From Oikopleura dioica (lineage: Eukaryota; Animalia; Chordata), in contig OU015569.1 of NCBI GenBank assembly GCA_907165135.1, positions 11,594,001 to 11,658,000 on the forward strand: a stretch of DNA of 64,000 bases, read 5' to 3'. This document shows positions 39,659 to 53,781 of the stretch, one piece after another. The position numbers were made by a program, and so were the translations under genes. The notes beneath the pieces are model-generated. The model was not told the origin of the DNA and made no database searches. It worked only from the letters and a program-made list of their open reading frames with translations. Each line of letters starts with the position of its first letter. The stretch's first letter is position 1.

Positions 39659-42600
39659 CTAAGAGATAGGCGAAATCGACGAGTACACCCTTAACCCTGC
39701 CCGATCGAGCAGAAATGGATAAATAAAATGAACTGATTGAACACAATGAAAACTCTGTTTTGAACTTAGCTTTTCTTCTTGCGGTTGAAGAGGCCTTTCT
39801 TCTGCTTTTGGGGAAAAAGAAGATCCAACTTTTTCGTGGAGAGGTTGTCTTCCGGTGATGGCAGCTCTTTCTCGTTCTTGTTTTTTCGGTCTTTTACTTT
39901 TAGCACTTTCTGCTGAAATGCTAGTTCGGGGTTTAACAAGCTCGGCGATCAATAACAAGTAGAGTTTCTAGAGAAAAAGTACCAGTTGACAAAACCCGTC
40001 CCTTGCTGCATGAGAACTTTTTGGCAGCTATTTTTGATATTCGAAGCTAAATCTTGCCAAGTCCAAGTCTTGTTCTTGTACTCAATGCACGGAATATCCA
40101 GCCGCATATTGTCCAAGCTTGGCACTCGAACTGAAAAAATCATAGATCGAGATATTCTTTATTTGAGCGAAATTGCACCTTTGTTGGTTCTACAGTCGGA
40201 ATGGTAGGAAACGGTGAGTGGGACTTTTGGAATCTGGATGTGGTGGAATGTCTGGTTGTTTCGCGCCCGATCAGCCATGATTTTAGCGCCGTGGTCATCG
40301 AAGCTCGGGAGACTTGAGCTGTAGATTTCGGATAAACTAGAAAAGGGAACGTTAGTGACTAAAAAATACGGAAAATCAGAAGCTCTTCCTTGAGTTTTAC
40401 CTCGATTGTTTTTCAAGCGTTGGACTCGAACGTCTAAATTTCGAAAAGAGACGACTTTTTCTATCACTTCCAGCTTCTGACTTTGAATCGGCTTCTTTTC
40501 TCAAAGTCTTTGGCGAGGCAGGTTTTGAAACTGACACTGTGTCCAAAGACGGGTCCGGGAAGAAGAAGTTGCGAAAGGCGCGATAGAAAGTGTTCGTTAC
40601 AGTAATGTGCAAAGGTAGAATGTTCAGTTCGATGCGCTCTTTGACCGGGATGCCGCCGACTGGAGGCCTCACTTTGCAAAAGACCCGAATCGAGGCAAGA
40701 TTGGAGGGGGCGATGCGAACTTGCGGTCGGAGAATGGTTTGGAACTTCTGATTCTCCAGCAAGTTCGACAATTCGAAATCGCCAATTTTAAACTCGTGGG
40801 AATGGTGATTCTGGTTTGACTTCTCGTGCAGATCGGAATCAACTGAAGCTACAGAGCGGTACTCGAAATTTTTCATGACGAAATTTGCTATTCCCTAAAA
40901 ACAGTTAGTCATTCCAAAATGTTGAGAAGGAAACCTTTGGCTGAATGGAAGCTAAAATGTTTGGCGAAGCTTCCACACTGACAAGTTTCCATTTGACTTC
41001 GTGGAAGATAAAATGCGTCCGCCTCGTCTGCCGTTCCGAATCCTTTCCGATGTCTTCGCTCAACAACTGCTGCTTGAGGTGCGTTTCCTTCGCCAGCGAC
41101 ACCATTACGGCCATTTCTTCTGATCGAATGTTGAGTACGTCTTTCTTGTCGTTGACCTGGTCCTCTGTTTCAGAAATAAGCTGCTTGAGTTCCTCATCAT
41201 CACTGTCGTCGTCTTCATTCGAGCAGCACAAGGTGTACAGTTCGTGTTCCAAGCTACGGACACAATCCAGATCTTCCCGAATTCGAGCTTGGATCTCCAT
41301 CGCTTGATCCCTAAGATATTGGTTAGAAATTGCTTGCAATTCTAATGATTTGTGTTAGTTCGTTCCAGCGAATATTTGAAAAACAAATTTGGAGGCCTAA
41401 ATTTTGGTTGATTTGCATCTCTCTGCGGGAGATGAGCTTCATATAAACCTCTGACTCTTCTTCAGAATATTCAAAAATATAATGGACCAATATTGTGTGA
41501 CGCTACTAATTCAACTGTGTTATCTTCTCTGAATTTCTCTAATAAAATTACGAAAAAAATCGAGCCAAAGGAATCAAACTTGCGAAAATCTAATCTGTGA
41601 TCATTCAGCAGAATGCCTCAGCTGTCTGATCCACCTATAACTTAGGATAAAGATTTACGGTATTAACGAGCTCAGGAGTTCAATAACTTACCTAAGCTTC
41701 TCGCGCAACTCCTCGACTTTATTCTCAACGGTCTGATCCTCTACCAGTTGCAGATGAAATCTTTTCGACAGCATCTTCAGCGTCAGTCGTTCCTTTATAC
41801 CTGGCTCCACGTGGAGGAATAAATTGTTCACGATATCCAAAGCTAGAAGATATTGTTGATCCGTCGTCCAAATTTCCATTTGTTTCTGTGAAACAGTGAG
41901 TGTGTTGATTGTCTTTTCCCGGTTGAAAGTTCGACTGTCGCGGAGCACTTCTTCAGGCGAGATCGGAGGAATGTCGACGTTGCCAGGAATCGGGCAGTAA
42001 GACATGTAGTTTATCGTCAAGGCGCAGGGATGAACTATCTTTGTGTAAGCACCTTTGAAAAAGAATGTCAAAATGATCGAGAAAACGTTTAAATCTTTTC
42101 TAGATATGAGTCCATTGTTTTTGAGATTTCATCAACGGACTCTTCACTCTTAAAAATTGAGCTGAGCAGCATGGTCTTCTCCGAAGAAGCAGAAGAGTTT
42201 CTGATGCCTAGAACCCCAGCGAGCACCGACCCCGCCTTCGAGACCTTCGACGGGTCCGACTGGAACCCTGACGTAAGTATCTTTTCTCAGGAAAGAGTTA
42301 ATAAAATGTTAAGGAGTTCCTCGCGAGTCTCCAGGAGACGGCGGTGAACGAGATCCTCTGGTCGAACCGCCAGGCCCGGCTGAAGACACCTCCTCTTCGC
42401 CGACCAAAGATGTCCCGGACGAAGAAGATTATTTCCGGCGCGGTGCTCGCTGGGGTTTTCCTCAGCAGCAGTTACTTCTGCTACAAAATTTTATTTTAAT
42501 AAATTATTAAAATCAATAAGAGTGTTTATTCATTTGACATCCGCGCCTGGCATGTTCTCTGGTGGATCGAGATCGTGGGAGAGTTCTTGTTGGATTTGAT

Positions 42601-45600
42601 ACGCAGGAACCCAGAGGTGGTCGGTTTCGTTTAGCGTGCTGCCTTTGGAGCCGACGGAGAGGGAGAACAGTTGCATCCCTGTAAGTGTGCCTTTCGTGCC
42701 GAACTTGTCCAAGTACTGACCGTCTCGCCAGGCTCGGCAATACTCGTGTCGTATCAGATTGATATTGTCGGCGGTGAGACACATGAAGCCAGGCCTTTCG
42801 AATCCCTTCAGCAGCACTTGGCAGTTTCGCAGATTACATTCGAGCCCCGTGTAGACTGGTTTCTCCTCGTTCGCCTTGGCTGATTGCTCGACGAATTCGG
42901 TCGAGCAAGTCTTTTTTCCAGAGTTTAAGAGTTGATTCAAAGGATTGATGAATTCCGCAGCTGTGAGTTCTTTCATTTCCTCCCCATTTTGATGGGCTCC
43001 TTTATTGTTCTTCGAGTTGGAACTTAAGTTTTCGTTCTTTGAAAACATCACCGTTAATTTCGCGGTCAAGTTCTTTTTCAAAATGTTTCCACATTCTGCT
43101 GAATTGATCAGTGTCATAATACAGTCTCGGTTTTCCACCTTCCAGAGCGCTTTGAAATCGGCCGCGTCAAAGATCATTTTTCGTCGATCGGCGTTCTCGA
43201 TGAACTCGGCGAAGCGACGGAACTTCACATTGTCTAAACTGGCGAAGAAATTCTTCTCGGCGTTGTCAGTCGAGGAGGAGGCATTTTTGAGGTAGACGTG
43301 GATCTCCTTTGCTTCCAGATTCATCTTTTCCATCGACCACTCGGCTTTTGGACGGAGAAGAATGGCTTCGTCGCGGGGTCGCTCTTCGATCTTGAGCAAG
43401 TGATTGGACTCGAGAAAGCCAGCTTTTGATTGAATCACGAAACCGATGTTCTTCGAAAAGCTCTGTCGATACTCGCACGCCATAGAGTCGAAACGCCAGA
43501 GAAGAGAAGTCTTGTGATAATGCCTGGAGAACTTTTTCTTCGGCGGAGTGTTGTCGGCCCACCAACCGTTTCCGCGCTTGATCGGCCGAGCCACGTCCGT
43601 TATCGATTTCCAAAACGAGCTCAACCAGTTCAGCGTCGTCGAAAACAGAAAAATGCGAAACATTGGGACGTTGATTCGCCATTCGAGGTCTAGACTTTTC
43701 GAGCGAAAGTTGGAATAAGTATCTGCCCCGTCTTGTAGAGGCGTTGTAGAGGGAAAGACATTGTGCCCAGTTCGGTTCCCATTCCGCGGCAAGTTCCAGC
43801 TGATCAGCCAGTCCATCGACAAGTTTGGCATTTCGATGAATTTGATGTTCGACCATTTTCGTCGCGTGTTGATGGTGATGATCAGATCGCCCAGGAAGGA
43901 GATCTTTCCGTGCACCCAGTTCATTGTCAAGCCTTTTTTCGACTCTGTTAGTGAGTTCTTTTTATGGGATCATCGTCAATGTTCAGATAAAAGATATGAA
44001 TATTTTTCTACACTTTCAACCGGTAGCTTTAGTCAATAATCGAAAAACAAACGCGTGTAATCTTTCTTAATTGAAAATTGAAGATCCCTAGTCCCATTGC
44101 CAGCAAAGGCGTTCTTCGTGCGCGTACGGACTCTTTGACGACAAATGATGCCATTCTGATCGATTAGCTTTCAGGACAATTTTGCCTCTGTACTTGAGTC
44201 GCTGCTTGTCCCACCAGGGCAGTGCTGGCGAGTTATCCGGCGGGCCAGAGGTTATTCGATCGAATGCGTGTTGGAACTCGCCCCAGGCTGCTTCTAGACA
44301 TGGACCCCAACCGAGCTCAAGAAGATCGTAATTCATCTCAATGTCGTGGAAGAACTTGAGCGGGGCGAGGTTTCGCATCACTTCTCGCGAACTCCACGGC
44401 TGTCCCGGATCGATTGTGAATCGCTTCCAGTTGTGCTCTTCCGTTCCGTGCTGCTCTGCACCGCAGAGCGTTCCTGTCCACGAGAAATTCTCGGCTTTCA
44501 CCAAGTCGGTCGGAAAGTCCCGAAGCTGGACGCGCCAGTTCGATGCTTTGAGCTCAATCACTCGGCCCCACATTGTCGAGTACTCGAAGGCAGCTACAGT
44601 TTCGTCTTGAAGGTCTTGGTCGATCAGAAGCAGCAGTTCCTTCAGCGGTTCGTATCCGTTCATCGATTTATCCGCCAAAACTGTCAAGTCAAAATCAGTT
44701 ACAGTCCAGCTGAAGAGATTTTTATACTTGATCCATTTTTCTTCTGCTTTCATTTTACGAATACGAGCTAAAACCGAGTGATTATACGAGATTTTATCTG
44801 GAATAAGCTTACCTAGATAGATGTCAATGTTCTTTTCAAGAAGTTTGTCCAGGAGCCCCCGTAAGACACTTTCTTCCGCTTCCATTTGTTTAATTCGATC
44901 TTCGAGGATTTTGAGACGCTTCTGCTGGTCGATAACCTCTTGGGAGTGAAAGTCATAGACTGACCGAAGCTTAATCTCAAAGGGATCGTCTTCGACCGTC
45001 CAGAGCCACTTCTTGACGCGAAAGACGAGATCGGGTGGCAACTTGGTGCTTGAAAACGGCTCCGAATTCGGTTTGTAGAGTTTTTTGATCATCTTGAAAG
45101 TGGCGATGCAGTGCTCGAATGTGGTTGTGAACATATAGTTGAAGGGGAAATGAAGATGCAGGAGGCTGGATTCGATGAAAAGAACGCGATTTGACAATGT
45201 TTTTGGCTTCAGCTTGAAATAAGCCTCACGATCTTTTCGCAACGCGTCTAAATTGTCGTCTTTTTCTTTGTAAGTTACTTTTAGCTCTTCTATGTTTATG
45301 AGTTTGGAATGATCGTCGAAGTCGAATATCATCGACGAGGACGAGAATCGAATCTCGGAGAGCTTATTGCACACACAGCCGAAGTTGACGAGACGCAGCT
45401 CCATTTTCTGGCCCGTGTCGAGGTTGAAAATCAGGTGAAAGTCCCGTAAATTCGCGCTGATATACTTCAGAAGATTGAGTCTCTCCTTTCCTTCGCTTCC
45501 TGATAGACCTGGCCCATTGGTAAAAGAAGAGTTTGGTGTCGAGGGAGGAGTGGACATGACCGCGTTCCGAAGGTGATTGATGATTTCAACGACGCTTTCG

Positions 45601-48012
45601 TGGAAGAGAATGTGCACTCGTGGACTCCACTTGAGCACTGTCACATGACCAGCAGGAAACTCGACCGATAACTTTTCCAAGGCGTAATCAGACAGCTCAA
45701 ACGTTGCGAGGCATTCCTTGATTTCGAAGAACTTGTCATCGATGCTATCCGAAGGCAGACACTCTACTTTCGATCCAATAAACTGCGTCAGTCCAAATGC
45801 CACGCCAGAAATCTTGATCTTCAGCGCCTTCAAATTTCTATCTGCTTGGAGAGTATCGAGTCGGAATAAAACCAGCTCTGGACATTGACTCGATCGCACA
45901 TAAATCGTCACATCGCGCACATTCACATCTGCGTATCTGGAGTCAACTTTGAGCACGGAAGATATTCTAGAATTTCGCACGCGATCGGGAGAGGTATCTT
46001 GGAAGTGATTTTCGACAAAGTTGGTGACTGTGCGGATTAATTGAGTCAAGTTTTCCGCAATTTCGTTCGATACTTCCATTGTAAAGCCATACACTTTGAC
46101 ATCGTTGTGGCAGATGGTTTGATTCAGATCCCTTCCGGTTTCGAATTCGAGCGAGTTTCCAAGCCGCACTTGTTCAATTCCAATAAGCGTGCCCCAATGA
46201 TGCGTACCACTTTCAAAAGCTGGCGGTCCTTTTCCGAGAACAGACTCGGTGAAGCTCTGCAGCTTGTCAATGTTGAAGATGATCCCCTGGCTGTCTGAGT
46301 GCTTATGGTTGAGGATGGAGAGCGAGCGAAAGGTTAGTAGAGCTTTGGATTGATGCGACTCAATGGAGCATTTGGCGTTGTTGATCTTTGCTGAGAGGAA
46401 GTATTCAATGACAAGCGCCCTTTTCGCATAGGGATTTTTAATTCCCGGTTCGGACTTGGTCTTCCGATGCCTCTGAAGTTTGAACATTTCTAAGGACTCT
46501 TTTGAACCAAACGGGCGAAGACCTGACGGGCCTGGCGTCCATTCCAACCCTGCCTTCGCCAATTTATACCAAAGGAATGCCTCGTCCAAGTTCAGAAACA
46601 GGGTCAATTGACTGCTTTGGACGACGAATATGATGCGCATTGGTTGGACGCGACCGTTTTCCACCTCGACATTGCATCGCAGGTGATTCGCTTCGATCAG
46701 CGGCGCTTCTATGTCGTGACTTCTGAGACTCGTTTCTTTCAGTTCGAAAAGAAGAGATGTTCGTTCGCACGCAGCCATTGATTCGATTGACCAGGAGGTG
46801 CGAAATGGCTTTCTTCTGGAGCCCGCTCTATTCGCCCGTGCGTTGTCCACTTCGACGAGTTCGACTTCCTTCAGCGTTTTCATGATAGACACTTCGGAGC
46901 AGGAGAGCTCCAGCGTTTTCATTTCGCGCTCTGAGTTGATCTCCGCGCAGAAGTTGTGAATTCGAAGCTCGGCACGAGGCATATTCGTCAATTTGAGCAG
47001 CTTTTGGGCAGTTTTGGAAGAGTGGATAAGCTGCGTTGAAGAGGAAAAGTGCTCCGGGCTAGTTCCTCCAAGTGGCGCTTTTTTGATGAAGGAGCGGATC
47101 ACGCCTAAGGCTTTGATTTCCGCCTCGATGTTGAACTTAGAGAAGACGATCTCGAGGAACTCGGGCTCTTCGTTGACGCAGGGCATTTGTAATGGCAGTG
47201 TGTAGTTGATTAGTAAGGGACAGTACACCCGTAGGATTTGGCCTTTCGGGTAGTTGATCGATAGGGAAATCTCGGGAGTAGATAAAGTTGTGAAAAGGTG
47301 GTTGAGTTTTTCCCGCACGGATATGGCGAATTCTGTTTGAAGGACTGAAAATGTTATCGCGCATTCTGACAGGCGATAGCCAGGGTTGAAGACTGAAAAG
47401 GTTGATTAAAGCAGGTGGAGGAGGCGAATGACTTACTATCGAAACGACTGGTGAAAGAGGAACATTGAAGACTTTGGAGGAAAAAGTTTTTGATGAAGAA
47501 ATCTTGCGAGGACGACCGAGACGCGTAGGATGAAGAAGATTGAGGAACGAAGGAAGGAACTGGGCTTTCAGCTTGGCGGTACAAGTCGAAGACGGTATTT
47601 ACGTCGCCTATTTTGAGCGAAATTGGTCTTTTGTAAAGAAGGCGCCTGAAGACGCAGAACCAATGGATTTGAATGGAGGAAATGTTCGCCTTGATTTTTT
47701 CGCATGCAAAACCGTTTGAAATTGGAGGCGAATTCGGAAAGGTGACGGTGAATTCTACTGCGTTGACTGACAAGTAGGTCGAGAAGAAGGTAAAGTTGTA
47801 GTAGGCGAGCTCGAACTCGCAGTTGAGCTTTTGCGCAAATATGAGAGAACATATCGCTCTCCGATCAGAAGAATCAACCGTACAACGATCTAAAATGAAT
47901 AAGATGAATGAAAATCTGAGTCAGGATCCTGAAAGACCATTTGCCTGAGTGTACTTACGTAAACAATAGCAAATATCAGTACGAGAACGGCTCCAGAGGA
48001 GAAATCTTCCAT
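39659..48012 (-). CDS. BLTP2: Bridge-like lipid transfer protein 2 (KIAA0100/hobbit/FMP27 family)
   Basis: N-terminal TM segment; DDPFEIKL, LRDFP, RNLAPLKFFHD, WGPCLEAAW, SPALPWWDKQR, LDIVNNL, MADRARNNQTFHHIQIP motifs; 1076-aa and 466-aa exons. There is one frameshift at ~47830 and the 3' end is approximate. Confidence 0.9.
42171..42499 (+). CDS. Nested 95-aa tail-anchored microprotein in a BLTP2 intron (antisense)
   Basis: ATG 42171; GTAAG..AAG intron 42273-42313 joins in phase; C-terminal hydrophobic segment IISGAVLAGVFLSSSYFCY; TAA at 42497 overlaps AATAAA; upstream acceptor ttttctag at ~42103. Confidence 0.7.
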
Positions 48013-48309
48013 ATCATTCTTCTTTTTTCCTCGATTCCAATAGTCTGAAAGTAGCGAAAAAACACATGAGAAGTGGATTTGAATGAATGATTAGTCAGTT
48101 TTTACAGAATCTAAAAAGAAAGATAAAAAGAATCGCGGTATTTGATATTTGAGTCCGTGCAAATCAGCAGTGGGAAGAAAGTTTCAGTCTTTTCTGGAAT
48201 TTCGAATATTGATAGGTTCGTTTTGAGCGTTGAATTCCTGTTTTTCGTAAGTAGAAGAATAAACGATAAGAAGGGATTACTTAAATTAGACTAGGCGGGA
48301 AGAAAGAGG

Positions 48310-49556
<1,247 letters not shown>

Positions 49557-49948
49557 TTTCCGCCCTCAGCACACCCTTCTTCTTTTTCTTTCCAAACGAA
49601 CCAGAAAAAAAGAAACACTTTGTCAATTCCGACAATTTTCTTGAAGAGATTTTGTCATTTTTTTATTTCAGTTTTTTTGGTGTTGATTGCACAAAAGAGT
49701 AATTCAAACACGGTCTTTTTTTCGAAATGTAGAATTTTGAATTTGAATTTTGAATATTGAAGAAAGCGTTATTAAAAAATCAAGGCACACAAAAGATCGG
49801 AAAGGGGGTTTTTCGAATTATATACAGCCGGTTTTTAAGAGTGCGCGAAAGATGATGAGCTGCTTTCTTTTTTTTTTGGATAGGTCGGTTTTTAAGTGTT
49901 TTTAACAGACAGAATAGAAATAGGATGGAACAGAAAGAGAGACAGAAA

Positions 49949-52900
49949 TTAGTAGATATCCAATACTTCGTAGTCGGATGTAGAGTCGTCGCTGTCCGCC
50001 GTTACAGTAATGGAAGACACCGCCACTTTTCGCTGGGAAACTTGGTCCAGGGTGGCTATTTTGGATTTGGGGGTTAGTTGGAATTGGATTGGATCCAATC
50101 CAATAAGGTTTGGATGGAATTTGGATGGCCAGGGTACCGGATTTTGTTGGGGAAAATTGGGCAATTGGGGGAAATTGGGGAAATCGGATCCAATAAAAAA
50201 TATATCTCTAAACTATGCAAAGTTGGGTCATTTTCATGATAAAAATGAACAATCTCAGTTAAAAAAATCATTGTTTTGGCTCTGTTGATCCTCCTTTCGG
50301 ATAAAAACTTACTGTTTCATTTCTTTTCAAAGTACTAGAAGCCTTGGAAAAATTGGAAACCCAATTGGATCCAATTGGAATTGGGGATTATTGGGGAATT
50401 GGGTAAAATTGGATTGGATTGGATTTTGGATGGATAGCTTCGACTCAAAATTTATTGGATGGAAATTGGATGGCGAGACCCCGAAATTTTGTCCAAAATA
50501 GCCACCCTGACTTGGTCAACAACTCCAAACGGCAAATCGGGGACATCTTTTACATCCTGAAAAAAGCAATTGAGTGTCTACAAGAAAATAGAACAGTTGA
50601 TCTTACCTTAGTCCAAAGAATAAACTCTTCGACAGTGTTAAAAATGAAGCCGACAGCTAAACTCGGGTCCAACTTGAGCGCTTTAATCCAGCAGAGCTTG
50701 TCCGTGTGGAGGGATTTGTCGAACTCTTCAAAGGGCATGTGGTTGTTGACAGAAACGGGCGACTGCTGCGTCGTGTGCGGATCTAGGTAAAGCAGCCACG
50801 TCTCTTCATCTGTTTCTTGGTAGCCGACGAAGTAGTGCGCCTAAATCGGTTTAAAATCGTTTTCTAGAGCCTGGGAAACATGCTGGGAAACGTTTTGCGT
50901 TTCTCAGCCAAGGTGAGAAACACCCGTTTGTCTAGAGAAATTTTGTTGTTAAAGTTGCTCGCAGAAGAAGTTTCCAACAGCAAAAAGTCTCTAGATGAAG
51001 GGGTGTTTCTCACTTGCCAAAAATGGACAAAAAATAGCTTCTTCCATCATTTCCAGTCTTTTAAAAGGGTTTATCGAGAGTTTTAGGGGATGGAAAAGGC
51101 CAAAATTCAGTAAAGAGAATAATTCACGTTTTTTCAGGATTTTTCCGAAGAATAATGACCTGATCTACGTGAAATTGTGATCAAAACTGGGCTCGTTTAC
51201 CCTGACTCAGGTTTTCGACACAGGCAATCAAGATCAGTATCGAAATAACTTGAAAGTTAGCCAAAGCTTTATTATTAAAAACTGCTACGCGGCCTTTGAA
51301 CGTTTCTTTTTTAAATTAAGTTGGATTGCTTCTTCTTTATAAGTTTTTTACCTGGTTGGGTTTTCCGCCCATGATTCCAACGCAGTACTTTGAAGCGAGA
51401 AAGACTTTCAACGGATTGACGTAAATTTCATTTACATTGTTGAGTCCCAGACGCAGCGGAATAATGAGCACAAGTGGCGTCGGATTGCCTTGATTGACGA
51501 TTTGCGCGGAGACGTCTTCGATGGAAACGACTGAGTCCATGGCGACAGCGACGCCGAAGCCCAACGATCTGCTTTTGGTGATTCTCTTCAGCACCTGGGC
51601 CATCGTATTCGGCCCAAACCACTCGCCTACAGCGCGTTTTTCCGCCGTAGCTCCTGTCAGCGCAATCTGAATTTTGAGTTTTTCACTTGTTTGTGCTTGT
51701 ACCTGTTGTATACTGAGCTCAGCAGAGTGCGTGTCCCGGAAGAGCTCGAGAATTTCTGTATATCGCTCGTCCTCGATCGCTGCTTTATCTCTCCAAACGT
51801 ATTCGCGGCCAAGACGTTGCCTCAGTAAGCATTCGGCGATGATCATTTGTCCGGCGCGAAGCATACAGCCCCAGCCCTAGAATTGAGGTTTCACAGTCGT
51901 AGATAAAAATATACATCATCCCAGAGAAGTAATTTGATTATACTGAACTATCGATAAAGAAAACATCAAATCCTAGAGCGGCTTAAAAAAACGAAGCTAA
52001 CCCTAACCCTACCTACTACTACTACTACTAGAATCAATTCTACCATCGAGCCGATATTTTCACAACTTCTAGGATATTTCCTTTTCTTTAGAAAGCAGAT
52101 CACCAAGTACCTGATCAGAGGTTGGGCCAGAGCCACCTATACTGGCGAAATTCCGACGATAAGTAAACCACAGTCTCGATTGGAAGTCTTCTGTAATTCT
52201 TTCCAATTCGGCATGTTCTTTTCCCAGCAGCGTTACTTTCTTATTCTTGTCTGGCAGCTCCTAAATTACTTTTCTCAATAGAATAAGAATGAAAGAAAAG
52301 GGGTTGAAACGGGGAGACAAGTGGGGGCTTCGAAGTTACAAATTTTCAAACAGAGTTTTGTGAAAATTTGTTGCTAGTTCTATTGTTAGGAACATGGCTA
52401 GTGGTAGATTGATTTTTCATTTTTAATCACTTGAAACTAACCCCTTGGATTTCATTAATATCTCCACTTTGATCGCCACTGGATGGGAAGAAGCGAGACA
52501 TAACTGCGGGGATCATGAGTCCAATTTAGGCCTATCTCATGTCGAGACAGTAACAGTCTAAAAACCCAAAAATAGATTTTTCTTCAATCTCCTATTTTGT
52601 CATTCAAAAACTTCAGAATCCAGATGAAGAAGGAGACAAACCGACATTTGGAAAAATTGTATGAAAGAGCCGCATGCGGCTTAATTCTTAATTCATTGAA
52701 ATCATAGCCTCAAAGTTCAAGTACTTGATACTGGCTTTGGCAACTTGTGGATAAAACCTGAGTCAGGGTCGTGAAATAGCTTTAATGAATAGCCGCGTAC
52801 TGTCTCAATCTATTTAGGACTTTTTCTAAAGATGATGACCCTGACTCAGGTTTTCAACAGAGGTTGCCGAGCTAAGATTCCAATATTTTCGAGTAAAAAG

Positions 52901-53176
52901 CCGCGTTTCAATTTAAAAGCCGCATAGAAGAACTTACTACAGGCAAATTGATTCGAATTTAGTCATTTGCATAAAAAGCCGCGTGCGGTTTTTTCATAAA
53001 GACAATTCTAAAGCTCAAAATTTAAAGTCAACTTCAATTTTTTGATAATTATTTTTTTCTTGAGTCATTTTTCCGCTCTCTTTTTTTCAAAGAATCGACA
53101 GATCAGGAGATTTTCTTTTCTTCTGTACCTCTGGGCCTTCGAAGGAAACGTTTTCGTAAGTAGTCGAGAACATCAT
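49949..53176 (-). CDS. ATG4: Cysteine protease ATG4
   Basis: MFSTTYENVSF, FQSRLWFTYRRNF, SDQGWGCMLRAGQM, WFGPNT, LIIPLRLG, GGKPNQAHYFVG, YLDPH, DPSLAVGF; acidic LIR-like C-terminus DSDDSTSDYEVL. Confidence 0.95.
50048..50509. mobile_element. Non-autonomous hAT-type element (462 bp) with 8-bp TSD, inside the last ATG4 exon
   Basis: TIR CAGGGTGGCTATTTTGGA / TCCAAAATAGCCACCCTG; perfect direct repeat ACTTGGTC at 50040-50047 and 50510-50517; interior rich in TTGGA/TTGGG. Confidence 0.92.
50861..51030. mobile_element. MITE family B copy in an ATG4 intron
   Basis: tttctagagcctgggaaac..caaggtgagaaacacccgtttgtctagagaaa...tctctagatgaaggggtgtttctcacttg, homologous to 48727-48890. Confidence 0.7.
52731..52876. 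mobile_element. MITE family A copy in ATG4 intron 1 (another remnant at ~51187-51295)
   Basis: ggcaacttgtggataaaacctgagtcagggtc ... gaccctgactcaggttttcaacagaggttgccgagc form inverted arms. Confidence 0.75.
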
Positions 53177-53376
53177 TAACGAAACGCGACGCGGAGCTGA
53201 CAAGGCTGCTTTTCAGACAGTGCTTGCGTAGGCGGCGCCCTCCTGTGACGTCTCGTCAAAATTCTCTACTTTCGTTTCTTGTGATAATGAAAGATAGCTT
53301 TATTGGTTGATAAATTATCAATGATAATCGATAAAATGAGCAGTTTTCCAAGGAAGACAAAATTTAGTTCATTTGT

Positions 53377-53392
53377 GGCCCTTAAAAGGGCC
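53377..53392 (-). terminator. Histone 3' stem-loop
   Basis: GGCCCTTTTAAGGGCC on the minus strand, about 30 nt after the H2A stop. Confidence 0.9.
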
Positions 53393-53421
53393 GGTTTTGA
53401 AGGAGCATCGAAAAGATGCCC

Positions 53422-53781
53422 TTAGTTCTTCTTGGGAAGGAGAACTGGGTTGATGTGGGGGAGGACACCACCCTGGGCGATGGTCACTCCGTCGCAGAGT
53501 TTCACCAGCTCTTCGTCGGTCTGGATGGCGAGCTGAAGATGTCGGGGGTTGATTCGACTCTTCTTGTTCTCCTTGGCGAAGTTGCCAGCGAGTTCGACGA
53601 CCTCGGCGGTGAGGTACTCGAGGACGGCGGCCAAGTAGACGGGAGCACCGGCGCCGACGCGGTCAGCCCAGTTGCCCTTGCGGAGCATTCGGTGCACTCG
53701 GCCGACGGGGAAGGCGAGTCCAGCTCGGGATGAGCGGGTCTTCTTGGCGGCAGCGTTAGTCTTGGCTTTTCGTCCGGACAT
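53422..53781 (-). CDS. H2A: Divergent histone H2A (119 aa, short C-tail), copy 1
   Basis: Intronless [52 protein letters not shown]; TATA-like box upstream and stem-loop downstream. Confidence 0.95.
   Translation of the reverse strand: MSGRKAKTNAAAKKTRSSRAGLAFPVGRVHRMLRKGNWADRVGAGAPVYLAAVLEYLTAEVVELAGNFAKENKKSRINPRHLQLAIQTDEELVKLCDGVTIAQGGVLPHINPVLLPKKN

Noticed and set aside
49949-50164. 71-aa ORF as a separate gene or CRK 5' exon
   Set aside because: It is hAT element sequence read into the terminal ATG4 exon.
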